DNA from: an uncultured delta proteobacterium
GTDB lineage: Bacteria > Desulfobacterota > Binatia > HRBIN30 > BPIQ01
Assembly: GCA_963761335.1 (NCBI GenBank)
Contig: CAVXGR010000006.1
Span: 1 to 64,000 of the forward strand
Reading direction: 5' to 3'
Length of the DNA stretch: 64,000 bases
The notes under the pieces are model-generated. The model was given only the letters and a program-made list of their open reading frames with translations, had not been told where the DNA came from and did no database searches. Shown here one piece after another: positions 46,348 to 58,776 of this stretch. Each line of letters opens with the position of its first letter. Position 1 is the first letter of the stretch. A program made the translations under genes and the position numbers.

Positions 46348-47850
46348 ATGGATCTGGACGCGGCGCACTGCTACCAGGCGCTTCTCAGCAAGGACCGGCG
46401 CTTCGACGGGCGCATCTTCGTCGGCGTGGTGACCACCGGCGTCTACTGCCGGCCGATCTGTCCGGTGGTGCCTCCCAAGCCGGAGAACACCCGCTTCTTC
46501 GCCTGCGCGGCCGCGGCCGAGGCCGCGGGCTTCCGGCCGTGCAAACGCTGTCGGCCGGAGACCGCCCCGGGGACACCGGCATGGCTGGGCACATCCGCGG
46601 TCGTCTCGCGGGCGCTGCGCCTGATTGCCGAGGGAGCTCTCGACGAGGGCGGCGTCGAGGCCTTGGCCACCCGACTCGGGATCGGCGACCGCCAGCTGCG
46701 CCGCCTCTTTCTGCAGCACCTCGGGGCGTCGCCGGCCGATGTGGCGCGCGTGCGGCGGGTTCACTTCGCCCGCGCTCTGCTCGACGAGACGGATCTGCCG
46801 ATGACGGAGGTGGCCTTCTCCTCCGGCTTCAGGAGCATCCGCCAGTTCAATCATGCGGTGCGTTCCTCCTTTGCGGCCTCGCCGACGGCGCTGCGCCGCC
46901 GGCGGGCGCGAAACGCCGTCGCCGAGGGCGGCGGTGTCGCCGTGCGGCTGGCGTATCGCCCGCCCCTGGCCTGGACGGAAATGCTGCGCTTCCTGGCGGC
47001 GCGCGCGATTCCCGGGCTCGAGGCGGTGGAGGGAGGTCGCTACCGCCGACTCGTCGAGGCCAACGGCGCTGCCGGGGTCGTCGAGGTGAGCCTGGAGACG
47101 GTGTCGCGGCGCGGCTCCGGGGGCAGCGCAGGGCACCGCAACGGCCTGCCGCGGCTGTCGGTGCGCATCCACCTGCCGCGCTGCGAGGGCTTCATCGACG
47201 TCGTCGAGCGCGTCCGCCGGCTCTTTGATCTGGATGCCGACCCGTGGCTCATCGGCGAGCAGTTGCGGCGCAGCCCAAGGCTGCGCGCCAACCTCGAGGC
47301 GCATCCCGGGCTGCGCGTGCCGGGGGCATGGGAGCCGTTCGAGCTGGCGGTGCGCGCCGTTCTCGGCCAGCAGGTCACGGTGCGCGGCGCGACCACGCTC
47401 GCCGGGCGGCTGTTGCGCGAGTTCGGCACCCCGACCGAAAGCGGTGATGCGCAGCTGACGCATCTCTTTCCGCGAGCCGAGACGCTCGCCGGTGCGGCGC
47501 TCGAGCGCCTCGGTCTGCCGGCGGCGCGGGCCGCAACCATTCGCGCCCTGGCGGCGGCGGTCGCCGAGAAGCGGCTCGTCCTCGATGCGGCGCAGGGGCT
47601 GGAGGACGTCGTGCAGCGCCTGTGCGCCATTCCGGGCATGGGCCCGTGGACGGCGCACTACATCGCCATGCGCGCCCTCGGCGAGCCGGACGCCTTCCCG
47701 TCCACCGACCTCGGTCTGCGCCGCGCCCTCGGCAACGGCGCCGGCCCGGCGTCGGCGAGGGAGCTCGACCGGGTGGCCGAGTCCTGGCGCCCGTGGCGGG
47801 CCTACGCCGCCATGCATCTCTGGATCGGAGCAAAGGAGGAACGAAGATGA
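46348..47850 (+). CDS. alkA: Ada Zn-finger/AraC - AlkA DNA-3-methyladenine glycosylase II
   Basis: DRRFDG, GVYCRPIC, GFRPCKRC, AraC HTH, VRAVLGQQV, IPGMGPWTA, DAFPSTDLG, WRPWRAYA. Confidence 0.92.
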   Translation: MDLDAAHCYQALLSKDRRFDGRIFVGVVTTGVYCRPICPVVPPKPENTRFFACAAAAEAAGFRPCKRCRPETAPGTPAWLGTSAVVSRALRLIAEGALDEGGVEALATRLGIGDRQLRRLFLQHLGASPADVARVRRVHFARALLDETDLPMTEVAFSSGFRSIRQFNHAVRSSFAASPTALRRRRARNAVAEGGGVAVRLAYRPPLAWTEMLRFLAARAIPGLEAVEGGRYRRLVEANGAAGVVEVSLETVSRRGSGGSAGHRNGLPRLSVRIHLPRCEGFIDVVERVRRLFDLDADPWLIGEQLRRSPRLRANLEAHPGLRVPGAWEPFELAVRAVLGQQVTVRGATTLAGRLLREFGTPTESGDAQLTHLFPRAETLAGAALERLGLPAARAATIRALAAAVAEKRLVLDAAQGLEDVVQRLCAIPGMGPWTAHYIAMRALGEPDAFPSTDLGLRRALGNGAGPASARELDRVAESWRPWRAYAAMHLWIGAKEERR

Positions 47851-48362
47851 CGCTCGAGCTTGCACGAATGCCCTCGCCGGTCGGCGACCTGGTCATCGCG
47901 GTGCGCGAGGGACGCGTGTGCGTACTGACCTTCGCGCATCACTGGGAGCGCGCCGAGGCGCGGCTGCGGAAGCGGTTGGCTGCGGTGGAGCTGCGGCCGT
48001 CGCCGGATCCGGGCGGGGTGGTGACGCGGCTGGCGCGCTACTTCAGCGGCGACCTGGGCGCCCTCGAGGCGATTGCGGTCGACATGGACGGCACGGCGTT
48101 TCAGCTGCGCGTCTGGGAGCAGCTGCGGCGGATCCCCGCCGGTCGCACCGCTTCCTATGGGGAGGTCGCCCGGGCCATCGGCGCTCCCTCGGCGGTGCGC
48201 GCCGTGGGCGCGGCCAATGGCGCCAATCCCGTGGCCATCGTCGTTCCCTGCCACCGGGTCATCGGCGCCGGCGGCGCTCTCACCGGCTACGGCGGCGGCA
48301 TGGAGCGCAAGCGCTGGTTGCTCGCCCACGAAGGAGCGCAGCAGGAGCTGCGGGTCGCATGA
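47847..48362 (+). CDS. ogt: Methylated-DNA-protein-cysteine methyltransferase
   Basis: GTAFQ, SYGEVA, RAVG, VPCHRVIG; ATGA overlap with alkA. Confidence 0.95.
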   Translation: MTLELARMPSPVGDLVIAVREGRVCVLTFAHHWERAEARLRKRLAAVELRPSPDPGGVVTRLARYFSGDLGALEAIAVDMDGTAFQLRVWEQLRRIPAGRTASYGEVARAIGAPSAVRAVGAANGANPVAIVVPCHRVIGAGGALTGYGGGMERKRWLLAHEGAQQELRVA

Positions 48363-49198
48363 AGGCCGATCAGGAGAATCGAGCGAAGCGATTTCGCGAG
48401 CTGCATCATCAGCCGCACATCCTGGTACTGCTCAACGCCTGGGACGTGGCGAGTGCGCGCCTCTTCGAGGCGGCGGGTGCGCCGGCGGTGGCCACCACGA
48501 GCTCCGGCCTGGCGGCATCGTTCGGGTACCTGGACGGCGAGAAGATCGATCGCCAGCTACTGATCGACGCCGTCGGCCGCATCTGCCACATCGTCGGCAT
48601 CCCCGTGAGCGTCGACTTGGAGGCCGGATACGGCGCCACGGCCGCCGCGGTGCGCGACAGCGTCGAGGCGGTGATCGACGCCGGCGCCATCGGCATCAAC
48701 ATCGAGGACGGCGTGCGCGATTCGGGCTTTCTGGTCGAGCGTATCGCCGCCAGCCGCGACGCCGCCTCGGCGCGGGGTGTGCCGCTGTTCATCAATGCCC
48801 GCGCCGACGTCTATCTGCGCGGCACCGTCGAGCCGGCGGCGCGCTTCGAGGAGACGCTGCGGCGCCTGCGCGCCTATGAAGAAGCGGGAGCCGACGGGCT
48901 GTTCGTGCCGGGGCTGGGCGACGCGGAGACCATCGGCCGCCTGGCCGCCGAGGTCCATCTGCCGCTCAACATCCTGGCGGGGAAGGGCGTGCCGCGCTCG
49001 CCCGCGCTCGAAAGGCTGGGCGTCAAGCGGGTGAGCGTGGGCGGCGGCCCGATGCGCGCGGCGCTGACGCGCGCCCGGCAGGTGGCCGAAGAGGTCCTGC
49101 GCGACGGAAGCTGGGACGGCTTCGCGAACGACACGATCTCGCACGCCGAGCTGAGCCAGCTCCTGGGAGCGCGGCCAGCCTCGCCGCGGACTGTCTGA
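48359..49198 (+). CDS. Isocitrate lyase/PEP mutase-family protein
   Basis: NAWDVASAR, ATTSSG, DLEAGYG, GINIEDG, FINARAD, AGADGLFVPG; ATGA overlap with ogt. Confidence 0.9.
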   Translation: MKADQENRAKRFRELHHQPHILVLLNAWDVASARLFEAAGAPAVATTSSGLAASFGYLDGEKIDRQLLIDAVGRICHIVGIPVSVDLEAGYGATAAAVRDSVEAVIDAGAIGINIEDGVRDSGFLVERIAASRDAASARGVPLFINARADVYLRGTVEPAARFEETLRRLRAYEEAGADGLFVPGLGDAETIGRLAAEVHLPLNILAGKGVPRSPALERLGVKRVSVGGGPMRAALTRARQVAEEVLRDGSWDGFANDTISHAELSQLLGARPASPRTV

Positions 49199-49202
49199 AC
49201 GC

Positions 49203-49541
49203 TCAACGAGCGGCCGCCGGGCTCGCGAGGTGCTGCTCGACCACGCGGCGCAGCTCGGCTGCGGTCGCGGCGGCATGGAGGCCGAGCTCGCGCAGCTCGC
49301 CGTCGGCGATGGCGTCGCAGACCCGCTCGAAGGTGTAGAGCAACACGGCATCGCTCTCCTGCGGCAGGCGGCGCCCGCTCATCGCCGCCAGCAGCTGCAG
49401 CTGACGGCGGCGCTGCCTCCGGTAGAAGCGGCGCGCCTCGGGGTCTTCGGCGACCAGGGCGCGCAGGCTGGCGCGCAGGCCGCGCCAACGGCGATGCATG
49501 GCGAGCACGGAGTCGACGAGGCGAGCGGCGATCTGCCGGCG
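49203..49541 (-). pseudogene. C-terminal remnant of a probable TetR-family regulator (HTH missing)
   Basis: Helical RQIAARLVDSVLAMHRRWRGLRASLRALVAEDPEARRFY...ERVCDAIADGELRELG, with no HTH or start upstream. Confidence 0.5.
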
Positions 49542-50163
49542 ACCGCCGCCGGCGCCACGGCGCCGCGCTTCGTCACCGTCGACGGCGTAAGGTTGGCCTT
49601 CGACGACCATGGAGCGTCCCGTTCTCATCGGCAACTCCATCGGCGCCGCGGCAGCGATCGTCTTTGCCGCCGCGCATCCGCAGCGGGTGCGCGGCTTGGT
49701 GCTGGAGAACCCCGGCGGCCTGGCGGCCACCGACGATCGGGCGGCGCGTCTGGCGCTGCGCGCCATGGTGGCCTTCTTCACCGCCGGGAGGCGGCGCGCC
49801 TGGTGGTTCCCTGCAACCTTTGCGCTGTACTACCGCTCCGTGCTGCAGCGCCGCGCGGCGGGCACCCAGCGCCGCCGCATCGTCGCCTCGGCCTATGAGA
49901 TCGCTCCGATTCTCGAGGAGGCTTGGCGGAGCTTCGGCGCTCCGGAGGCGGATCTCCGCGCGCTGGTCGCCGCAGTCGAGTGCCCGGTTCTCTTCGCCTG
50001 GGCCAGCCGCGATCAGGTCGTCTCCCTGGCGCGCAGCCGCGCCGCCATCGAGCGCTTTCCGCAGGCGCGCCTCGAGCGCTTTCCGGCCGGCCACGCGCCG
50101 CATTTGGAAACCCCGGAGGCGCTCGAGGCGGCGGTGGAACGGTTTCTGGCCGCGCTGGCGTGA
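49540..50163 (+). pseudogene. Alpha/beta hydrolase with missing start and internal out-of-frame deletion
   Basis: One frame reads APRFVTVDGVRLAFDDHG. At about 49610 another frame continues ERPVLIGNSIGAAAA...PQRVRGLVL...GHAPHLETP. The oxyanion-hole segment is absent. Confidence 0.7.
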
Positions 50164-50188
50164 CCCCGCATGACGACGGCGGCGACCT

Positions 50189-52234
<2,046 letters not shown>

Positions 52235-52364
52235 AACGCCCGCGCATTCGCGTAGATCAACGCCAATGCAGCGGAAAAGTCAAAATCGTCACCACCCTCT
52301 TCGCCGCGAGCGCGCCATCCGCCCAGTTGTTGGCTGTTGTGCCGGCAGGCGCTATAGAGAGCAT

Positions 52365-52685
52365 ATGAGTGCCCGTGCTCCCTCCGGCAGGCAGTCGTTT
52401 CACACCGGGATGCGCGTCCTGCGGTTCATCGTCAACCTCCCGAACTTCGTGCGTCTCTACTGGCGACTGCTGTGGGACCGGCGGGTTTCCATCTGGCCGA
52501 AGGCCATGCTGGTGCTCGGCCTCATCTACGTCGTCTCACCCGTCGACTTCATTCCCGACATCGTGCCGCTGATCGGCGAGGTGGACGACCTGGTGCTGAT
52601 CATCATCGCCTGCCGGCTGTTCATCTATCTCTGTCCGCCGGAGATCGTGCAGGAGCACGTGCGCCGCATCGACGCCGGCGGATGA
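52365..52685 (+). CDS. YkvA/DUF1232-family membrane protein
   Basis: YVVSPVDFIPDIVPLIGEVDD. Confidence 0.88.
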   Translation: MSARAPSGRQSFHTGMRVLRFIVNLPNFVRLYWRLLWDRRVSIWPKAMLVLGLIYVVSPVDFIPDIVPLIGEVDDLVLIIIACRLFIYLCPPEIVQEHVRRIDAGG

Positions 52686-52695
52686 GCGCGGCCCA

Positions 52696-53043
52696 GTGAT
52701 GCCGGTGCTCCCCATCAGCACGGTCCTGATCGGGCTCGGCCTGATGACCGGGGCCGTGTCCTTGCCGCTTCTCTTCGGGAAGGTGCCGCCCAACCGCTTC
52801 TACGGCGTCCGCCTGCGCGCCTCGTTTGCCTCCGAGCAGAACTGGTACTCGATCAACCGTTTCGGCGCCAAGCGGCTTCTGCTCTTTTCCGCCGAGGTCA
52901 TCGCCCTCGGCCTCCTGTGTCAGAGCCTGTCGCGGCCGCCCTTCTGGCTGCCGATCTCGTTCCTCTTCGTCACTCTTCTGCTGCTGTGGATCGCCATCGT
53001 TCCGATTCAACGTTACGCGCGTACGCTTCCGGGTCCGAAGTAG
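52696..53043 (+). CDS. SdpI-family membrane protein
   Basis: KVPPNRFYGVR...SEQNWYSINRFGAK plus TM helices. Confidence 0.78.
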   Translation: MMPVLPISTVLIGLGLMTGAVSLPLLFGKVPPNRFYGVRLRASFASEQNWYSINRFGAKRLLLFSAEVIALGLLCQSLSRPPFWLPISFLFVTLLLLWIAIVPIQRYARTLPGPK

Positions 53044-53154
53044 AGCCGGGTCTCCTCGAAGCGCGCACCGTTTCCACATTGACGTCTCCATTCGCGACGT
53101 GCAATCTTCGCCCGCACAACCGTACCCGCTTCTCAGACTACGGCAGGAGTTCCC

Positions 53155-56100
53155 ATGCGAGCGATCTGTGTCCGTCCGTTCATCCGCGCTGGCGCAATGG
53201 CGCTGCTGCTGGTCTCGCTGGTTGCGACTGCACAGGCGCAGGAAGCCACGGTGACGAGCACCATCTCCTGCATCTATCAGGCGGGATGCGTGTCTCAGGA
53301 CCATAACGCCGACGGCCGCACCGGTGCCGCTGATCTGGTGGCGGCGATCCGCTACATCGCCCTGCCGCCGCTGGCGGTCGCCGTCGAGATCAATCCCGAC
53401 CCCGTGCGCCCGGGCGAGACCATGCGGGTGGCGTTGACGGTGAGCAATCGCGGCGTCGGGCCGATGACCGGGGTGACTGTCGACGTGCCCTTCCCGTCCG
53501 GGGTCAACAGCCTCGCCGAGAGCCTCATCTCCGCTTCATGCCCTTCCACCACCTGCGATCTGGGGGAGACCATCCATTTCGACGTCGGCAACCTCGATCC
53601 CGGCAGCGGCGTGGTGTACACGCTGCCCTTCGTCGTCACCGCCAGCGACGCGAACGGCACCGCGATCCAGGTGCAGGCCAACGCCGCCGCTGGCACGATT
53701 TCGGCCACCACCACGGCGAGCGCGGTGGTCGAGTCCGGCCGTGTCCTCGATCTGGCTGTGGATGCGTCCGATGATCCCGTCGAGCCGGACGCCCTGCTGA
53801 CCTACACGGCGACCTTCGGCAATCGCAGCATCGGCCTCTCCATGGGTGCGGCTCTCGAGCTGCCCGTGCCTGCCGGCACCACCTTCGTTTCGGCGACCGA
53901 CGGTGGCACGCTCGATGGCGGCACCGTCAGCTGGGACCTCGGCACTCTCAGTCCCGGCGACGGCGGTGTCCGCCGCCTGGTGGTGCGCGTCGATCCGCTC
54001 GCCGTCCAGGGAAATCTGCTGCGCGCCCAAGCGACGATCTCGGACTCGAACGCATCCCCGAACAGCTCTGTCGCCACCGCAACCGCGCGCGTGCAGAGCG
54101 GTCTGCCCATCGCCCTGGCGCTGGAGGTCAATCCCGACCCGGTGCGCCCCGGGGAGACGCTCGACGTCGGGCTCACGGCCACCGATCGCGAGCCGACCGA
54201 TGTGTTCACCACCATGGTAGTGATGCGGCAGCCGGACGATCTCGATTACTTCTCCACGAGCCTGATCTCGGGGACGTGTCCGTCGACGACCTGTGATCGA
54301 AGGGAGAATGCGGTCTATGACCTCGGCACCCTGACGGCCGGGCGCGGCTCGACGGTGACCTATCCGCCGATCGTGTCCGCGGGCACGGTCGCCGGCACGG
54401 TGATCACCTTCGAGGCCCTCGCCAGTGAGCAGGGCGGGCACCTGCTGCGGGCGCGGCGAAGCGTCCTGGTGCAGCAGAGCCCGTCGCTCGATCTCGCCCT
54501 GGATGCGTCCGCGGACCCTGTCGATCCCGGTGGAGAGCTGACGTACACGCTCACTTTCGGGAACCGCGGCGCCGGCCTGGCGTCCGGCACCCTTCTGCAG
54601 ATGCCAGTGCCCGCCGGGGCAGTGTTCGCATCGGCAAGCGGCGGCGGCACACTCGACAATGGCGTGGTCTTCTGGGATCTCGGCGCCCTTCGTCCGGGAG
54701 AGGGCGGCGTGCGTACCCTCGTGGTGCAGGTGGACCCGCAGACCGGCCTGGGCGAGATGATCCGCGCCGACGCGGCGATCTCTGATACCAGCAGCCCGGC
54801 GGACCGCGCGCGCGCCAGCACCGTGACCCGCGTGGAAGACGCCAGTGCTCTGACCCTGTCGATGGAGATCAACCCCGATCCGGTACGGCCGAACCAGACG
54901 CTGAACGTCGAGCTCACGTCTTCGAATCGGGGATTGGTGGATCTCACCACGGCGGCCGTCATCATGCGGCAACCCGACGATCTCGACTACTTCGGTGAGG
55001 GCATCATCTCCGGGACGTGTCCGTCCACGACCTGCGACCGGCGCGAGAACGCGGTCTACGATCTCGGCACGCTGAAGGCGGGTCGCGGCTCGACGGTGAC
55101 CTATCCGCCGATCGTGAGCGCGGGAACCAGCGCCGGCACGGTCATCACCTTCGAGGCCTTCGGCGATGAGCAGGGTGGGCGCCTGGTGCGGGCGCGACGC
55201 AGTGTGGTGGTGCAGCCGAGCCCGGCTCTGTCGCTGGCGCTGGACGCTTCTGTGGATCCCGCGGCTCCGGGAACCGAGCTGACCTACACGCTGACCTTCG
55301 GAAATCGCAGTGCCGCGCTGGCGCCGAGTGCCGTGCTCGACCTGCCGCTGCCGGCCGGCACGACCTTCGTGTCGGCGAGCGACGGAGGAGCACTCGGAGA
55401 AGGCCAGGTCAGCTGGAGCCTCGGCGATCTGCGACCGGGAGAGGGCGGAGTGCGCCGGTTGGTGGTCCAGGTCGCCCAGGATCTCACCGAGGGAGAGGTC
55501 CTTCCCGCCAATGCCGCCGTGACGGACTCGAACACGCCGGCGGACCGGGCGCGCGCCAGCGCCGTCACCCGCGTGGAAGATGCCAGTGCTCTGACCCTGT
55601 CGATGGAGATCAACCCCGATCCGGTGCGGCCGGGGCAGACGCTCAACGTCGAGCTCACGCCTTCGAATCGGGGATTGGTGGATCTCACCACGGCGGCGGT
55701 CATCATGCGGCAACCCGACGATCTCAACTACTTCAGCACGAGCATCATCTCCGGGACGTGTCCCTCGACGACCTGCGACCGGCGCGAGAACGCGGTCTAC
55801 GATCTCGGCACGCTGAAGGCGGGTCGCGGCTCGACGGTGACCTATCCACCGATCGTGAGCGCGGGAACCAGCGCCGGCACGGTGATCACCTTCGAGGCCT
55901 TTGGCGACGAGCAGGGCGGGCGCCTGGTGCGGGCGCGGCGCAGCGTGGTGGTGCAGCCGAGCCCGGCGCTGTCGCTGGCGCTGGATGCTTCCGTGGATCC
56001 GGCGCCTCCGGGAACGGAGCTGACCTACACGCTGACCTTCGGAAATCGCAGTGCGGCGCTGGCGCCGAGTGCGTTGCTCGACCTGCCGTTGCCGGCCGGC

Positions 56101-57453
56101 ACCACCTTCGTGTCGGCGAGCGACGGAGGGACACTCGGAGAAGGCCAGGTCAGCTGGAGCCTCGGCGATCTGCGACCGGGAGAGGGCGGGGTGCGCCGGT
56201 TGGCGGTCCAGGTCGCCCAGGATCTGACCGAGGGAGAGGTCCTGCACGCCAACGCCGCCGTGTCGGACTCGAACACGCCGGCGGACCGGGCGCGCGCCAG
56301 CAGTGTGACCCGGGTCGAGAGCGGCAGCCCCACGACCCTGTCAATGGAGATCAACCCCGATCCGGTCGAGCCCGGGCAGACGCTGGACATCGGCATCACG
56401 GCGACCAATCGCAGTGTGGTCGATGTGTTTGCCACGAGCATCACCATGCGGCAGCCCGACGACCTGGACTACTTCGGCGTCGGCATCATCTCCGGGACGT
56501 GTCCATCAACGACCTGCGACCGGCGCGAGAATGCGGTCTACGATCTCGGCACGCTGAAAGCGGGTCGCGGCTCGACGGTCACCTATCCGCCGATCGTGAG
56601 CGCGGGAACGAGCGCCGGCACGGTGATCACCTTCGAGGCTTTCGGCGATGAGCAGACGGGGCACCTGATGCGGGCGCGACGCAGCGTCCTGGTGCAGCAG
56701 AGCGCGGCGCTGACGCTGGCGCTGGACGCGTCGGCAGATCCGGTCGAGGCAGGGGCGATGCTCACCTATACGCTGACCTACGGGAACCGCGGCGCGGCGC
56801 AGGCGCCGGCGACGCTGCTGCAAGTGCCGGTCCCGGTCGGCACGGTATTCATGTCGGCGACGGACGGCGGCTCGCTCAACGCCGACGGAGCCGTTTCCTG
56901 GAGCCTCGGCGCTCTCGCTCCGGGCGCCGGTGGCGCCGTGCAGATGACCGTGCAAGTCGATGCGCTCGCGATCCAGGGCGACGTCATTCCCGCAGAAGCC
57001 GCGATCTCGGACACCAACACGCCGGCGGATCGCGCCCGTGCCAGCACTGTGACGCGGGTCGAGAGCGGCAACCCGCTCGGCGTTGCGCTGCAGATCGAAC
57101 CGTATCCGACGCTGGCGGGGCAGACCCTGAACCTGACGCTTTCGGCCACCAACAATGGGCTCGTCGACCTGTTCCAGGCCGAGATGGTCATGCGTGTTCC
57201 GGACAACCTGTCCTATGTCTCCGTGAGTACGATCGACGGCACCTGCCCATCGACGACCTGTGATCGTCGAGAGTTCGTCACCTTCGATCTGGCGACGCTG
57301 GCATCTGGACAGACGGCGCTGCGCACCTATCCGCCGCCCGTCCTCAACGGCACGCCGTCCGGTACGCTGATTCCCTTCGAGGTGTTCGCCTCCGACGGCT
57401 CCGGGCTCCAGGCGCGGCTGCGATTGACGGAGCGGGTGACCAGCGGTCCCTGA
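53155..57453 (+). CDS. Large secreted repeat protein (DUF11/Ig-like domains, dockerin-like N-terminus)
   Basis: AGGAG RBS, signal peptide, DHNADGRTGAADLVAAI, repeated PDPVxPG / LTYTLTFGNR / GTTFVSA / WxLG motifs, six CPSTTCD motifs. Confidence 0.85.
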   Translation: MRAICVRPFIRAGAMALLLVSLVATAQAQEATVTSTISCIYQAGCVSQDHNADGRTGAADLVAAIRYIALPPLAVAVEINPDPVRPGETMRVALTVSNRGVGPMTGVTVDVPFPSGVNSLAESLISASCPSTTCDLGETIHFDVGNLDPGSGVVYTLPFVVTASDANGTAIQVQANAAAGTISATTTASAVVESGRVLDLAVDASDDPVEPDALLTYTATFGNRSIGLSMGAALELPVPAGTTFVSATDGGTLDGGTVSWDLGTLSPGDGGVRRLVVRVDPLAVQGNLLRAQATISDSNASPNSSVATATARVQSGLPIALALEVNPDPVRPGETLDVGLTATDREPTDVFTTMVVMRQPDDLDYFSTSLISGTCPSTTCDRRENAVYDLGTLTAGRGSTVTYPPIVSAGTVAGTVITFEALASEQGGHLLRARRSVLVQQSPSLDLALDASADPVDPGGELTYTLTFGNRGAGLASGTLLQMPVPAGAVFASASGGGTLDNGVVFWDLGALRPGEGGVRTLVVQVDPQTGLGEMIRADAAISDTSSPADRARASTVTRVEDASALTLSMEINPDPVRPNQTLNVELTSSNRGLVDLTTAAVIMRQPDDLDYFGEGIISGTCPSTTCDRRENAVYDLGTLKAGRGSTVTYPPIVSAGTSAGTVITFEAFGDEQGGRLVRARRSVVVQPSPALSLALDASVDPAAPGTELTYTLTFGNRSAALAPSAVLDLPLPAGTTFVSASDGGALGEGQVSWSLGDLRPGEGGVRRLVVQVAQDLTEGEVLPANAAVTDSNTPADRARASAVTRVEDASALTLSMEINPDPVRPGQTLNVELTPSNRGLVDLTTAAVIMRQPDDLNYFSTSIISGTCPSTTCDRRENAVYDLGTLKAGRGSTVTYPPIVSAGTSAGTVITFEAFGDEQGGRLVRARRSVVVQPSPALSLALDASVDPAPPGTELTYTLTFGNRSAALAPSALLDLPLPAGTTFVSASDGGTLGEGQVSWSLGDLRPGEGGVRRLAVQVAQDLTEGEVLHANAAVSDSNTPADRARASSVTRVESGSPTTLSMEINPDPVEPGQTLDIGITATNRSVVDVFATSITMRQPDDLDYFGVGIISGTCPSTTCDRRENAVYDLGTLKAGRGSTVTYPPIVSAGTSAGTVITFEAFGDEQTGHLMRARRSVLVQQSAALTLALDASADPVEAGAMLTYTLTYGNRGAAQAPATLLQVPVPVGTVFMSATDGGSLNADGAVSWSLGALAPGAGGAVQMTVQVDALAIQGDVIPAEAAISDTNTPADRARASTVTRVESGNPLGVALQIEPYPTLAGQTLNLTLSATNNGLVDLFQAEMVMRVPDNLSYVSVSTIDGTCPSTTCDRREFVTFDLATLASGQTALRTYPPPVLNGTPSGTLIPFEVFASDGSGLQARLRLTERVTSGP
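54100..57070 (+). repeat. Intragenic 741-bp tandem repeats
   Basis: accctgtcRatggagatcaaccccgatccggt at 54853, 55594 and 56335 (741-bp period). The flanking units are more diverged. Confidence 0.9.
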
Positions 57454-57582
57454 ATCTCAGGAAGCCAGTCGGTCTCGTTTCCCGAATACGCGAAACGAGC
57501 CCGCCAGTTCCCCGCGCTTGGTGCACCGATGCCGTTGGCACGAAGTGTGGTCCTCGGCCCGGCGATGCGGCAAGATCGAAGT

Positions 57583-58776
57583 ATGATCGTCGGAGTACCG
57601 AAGGAGATCTTTCCCGGGGAGCGGCGCGTGGCGCTCGTGCCCGCGTCGATCGCGGCGCTGAAGAAGGCCGGCTGCGAGGTCCTGGTGCAGACGGGGGCGG
57701 GATTCGATGCCGGCTACAAGGATCCGGCGTATCTCGACAAGGGCGCTTCCATCGCGCCGTCGCGGCAGGAGGTGTTCGAGCGCGCCGACGCCATCTTTCA
57801 GCTGGTCGGCTACGGCGCCAATCCCGCGACCAACCGCGACGACCTGCCTCTGTTCCGCAAGGGACAGGTGCTCGTGGCCTTTCTTCGCGCCCTCGGCAAC
57901 CCCGAGGCGCTCGAGGAGCTGGCGGGTGCGGGGGTCAGCGCCTTCGCGATGGAGATGGTGCCGCGCATCACGCGGGCACAGAGCATGGACGCCCTCTCGT
58001 CGATGTCGACGATCGCCGGGTACAAGGCCGTGCTCCTGGCGGCGGATTCCCTGGCGAAGATGTTCCCGATGATGATGACCGCCGCCGGCACCATCTCGCC
58101 GGCGCGCGTGCTGATCGTTGGCGTCGGTGTCGGTGGGTTGCAGGCAATCGCCACCGCCAAGCGCATCGGCGGCGTGGTCTCGGCGTACGATGTGCGTCCG
58201 GCGGTGCGCGAGCAGGTGATGAGCCTGGGCGCCAAGTTCATCGAGCTGCCGCTGGAGACGTCGACGGCGGAAGACGTCGGCGGCTATGCCCGCGCCCAGG
58301 ACGAGACCTTCTACCGGAAGCAGCGCGAGCTGATGGCCAAGGCGGTGGCCGACAGCGACGTGGTCATCACCACCGCCAACGTCCCGGGGCGGAAGGCGCC
58401 GGTGCTGATCAGCGAGGCGATGGTCGAGGGGATGAATCCCGGCTCGGTGATCATCGACATTGCCGCGGAGCGCGGCGGCAACTGCGAGCTGACGCGCTCC
58501 GGCGAGACCATAGTGGCCCACGGCGTCACCATCATCGGGCCGGTGAACATCGCCAGCATGGTGCCGTACCACGCCAGCCAGATGTACTCGAGCAACATCA
58601 CCAGCTTCTTCACCCACTTGGTGAAGGACGGAGAGCTGAGGATCGACATGCAGGACGAGATCACCCGCGAGACGCTGGTCGCCCGCGACGGGGCCATCGT
58701 CCATCCGCGGGTTCGCGAGGCCCTGGGCCAGCCCGGGGCTGCGGTTTCCGCTGCGGCGCTCCCGGAGAATGCCTGA
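57583..58776 (+). CDS. pntA: NAD(P) transhydrogenase subunit alpha, part 1
   Basis: MIVGVPKE, ERRVA, RITRAQSMDALSSM, GVGVGGLQAI, GGNCELT. Confidence 0.95.
   Translation: MIVGVPKEIFPGERRVALVPASIAALKKAGCEVLVQTGAGFDAGYKDPAYLDKGASIAPSRQEVFERADAIFQLVGYGANPATNRDDLPLFRKGQVLVAFLRALGNPEALEELAGAGVSAFAMEMVPRITRAQSMDALSSMSTIAGYKAVLLAADSLAKMFPMMMTAAGTISPARVLIVGVGVGGLQAIATAKRIGGVVSAYDVRPAVREQVMSLGAKFIELPLETSTAEDVGGYARAQDETFYRKQRELMAKAVADSDVVITTANVPGRKAPVLISEAMVEGMNPGSVIIDIAAERGGNCELTRSGETIVAHGVTIIGPVNIASMVPYHASQMYSSNITSFFTHLVKDGELRIDMQDEITRETLVARDGAIVHPRVREALGQPGAAVSAAALPENA

Noticed and set aside
46348..49198. alkA-ogt-PEP mutase operon as a novelty
   Set aside because: Ordinary adaptive-response arrangement with nothing unusual visible.
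53536..56247. 903-aa minus-strand repetitive ORF
   Set aside because: Mirror of the repeat surface protein on the opposite strand.
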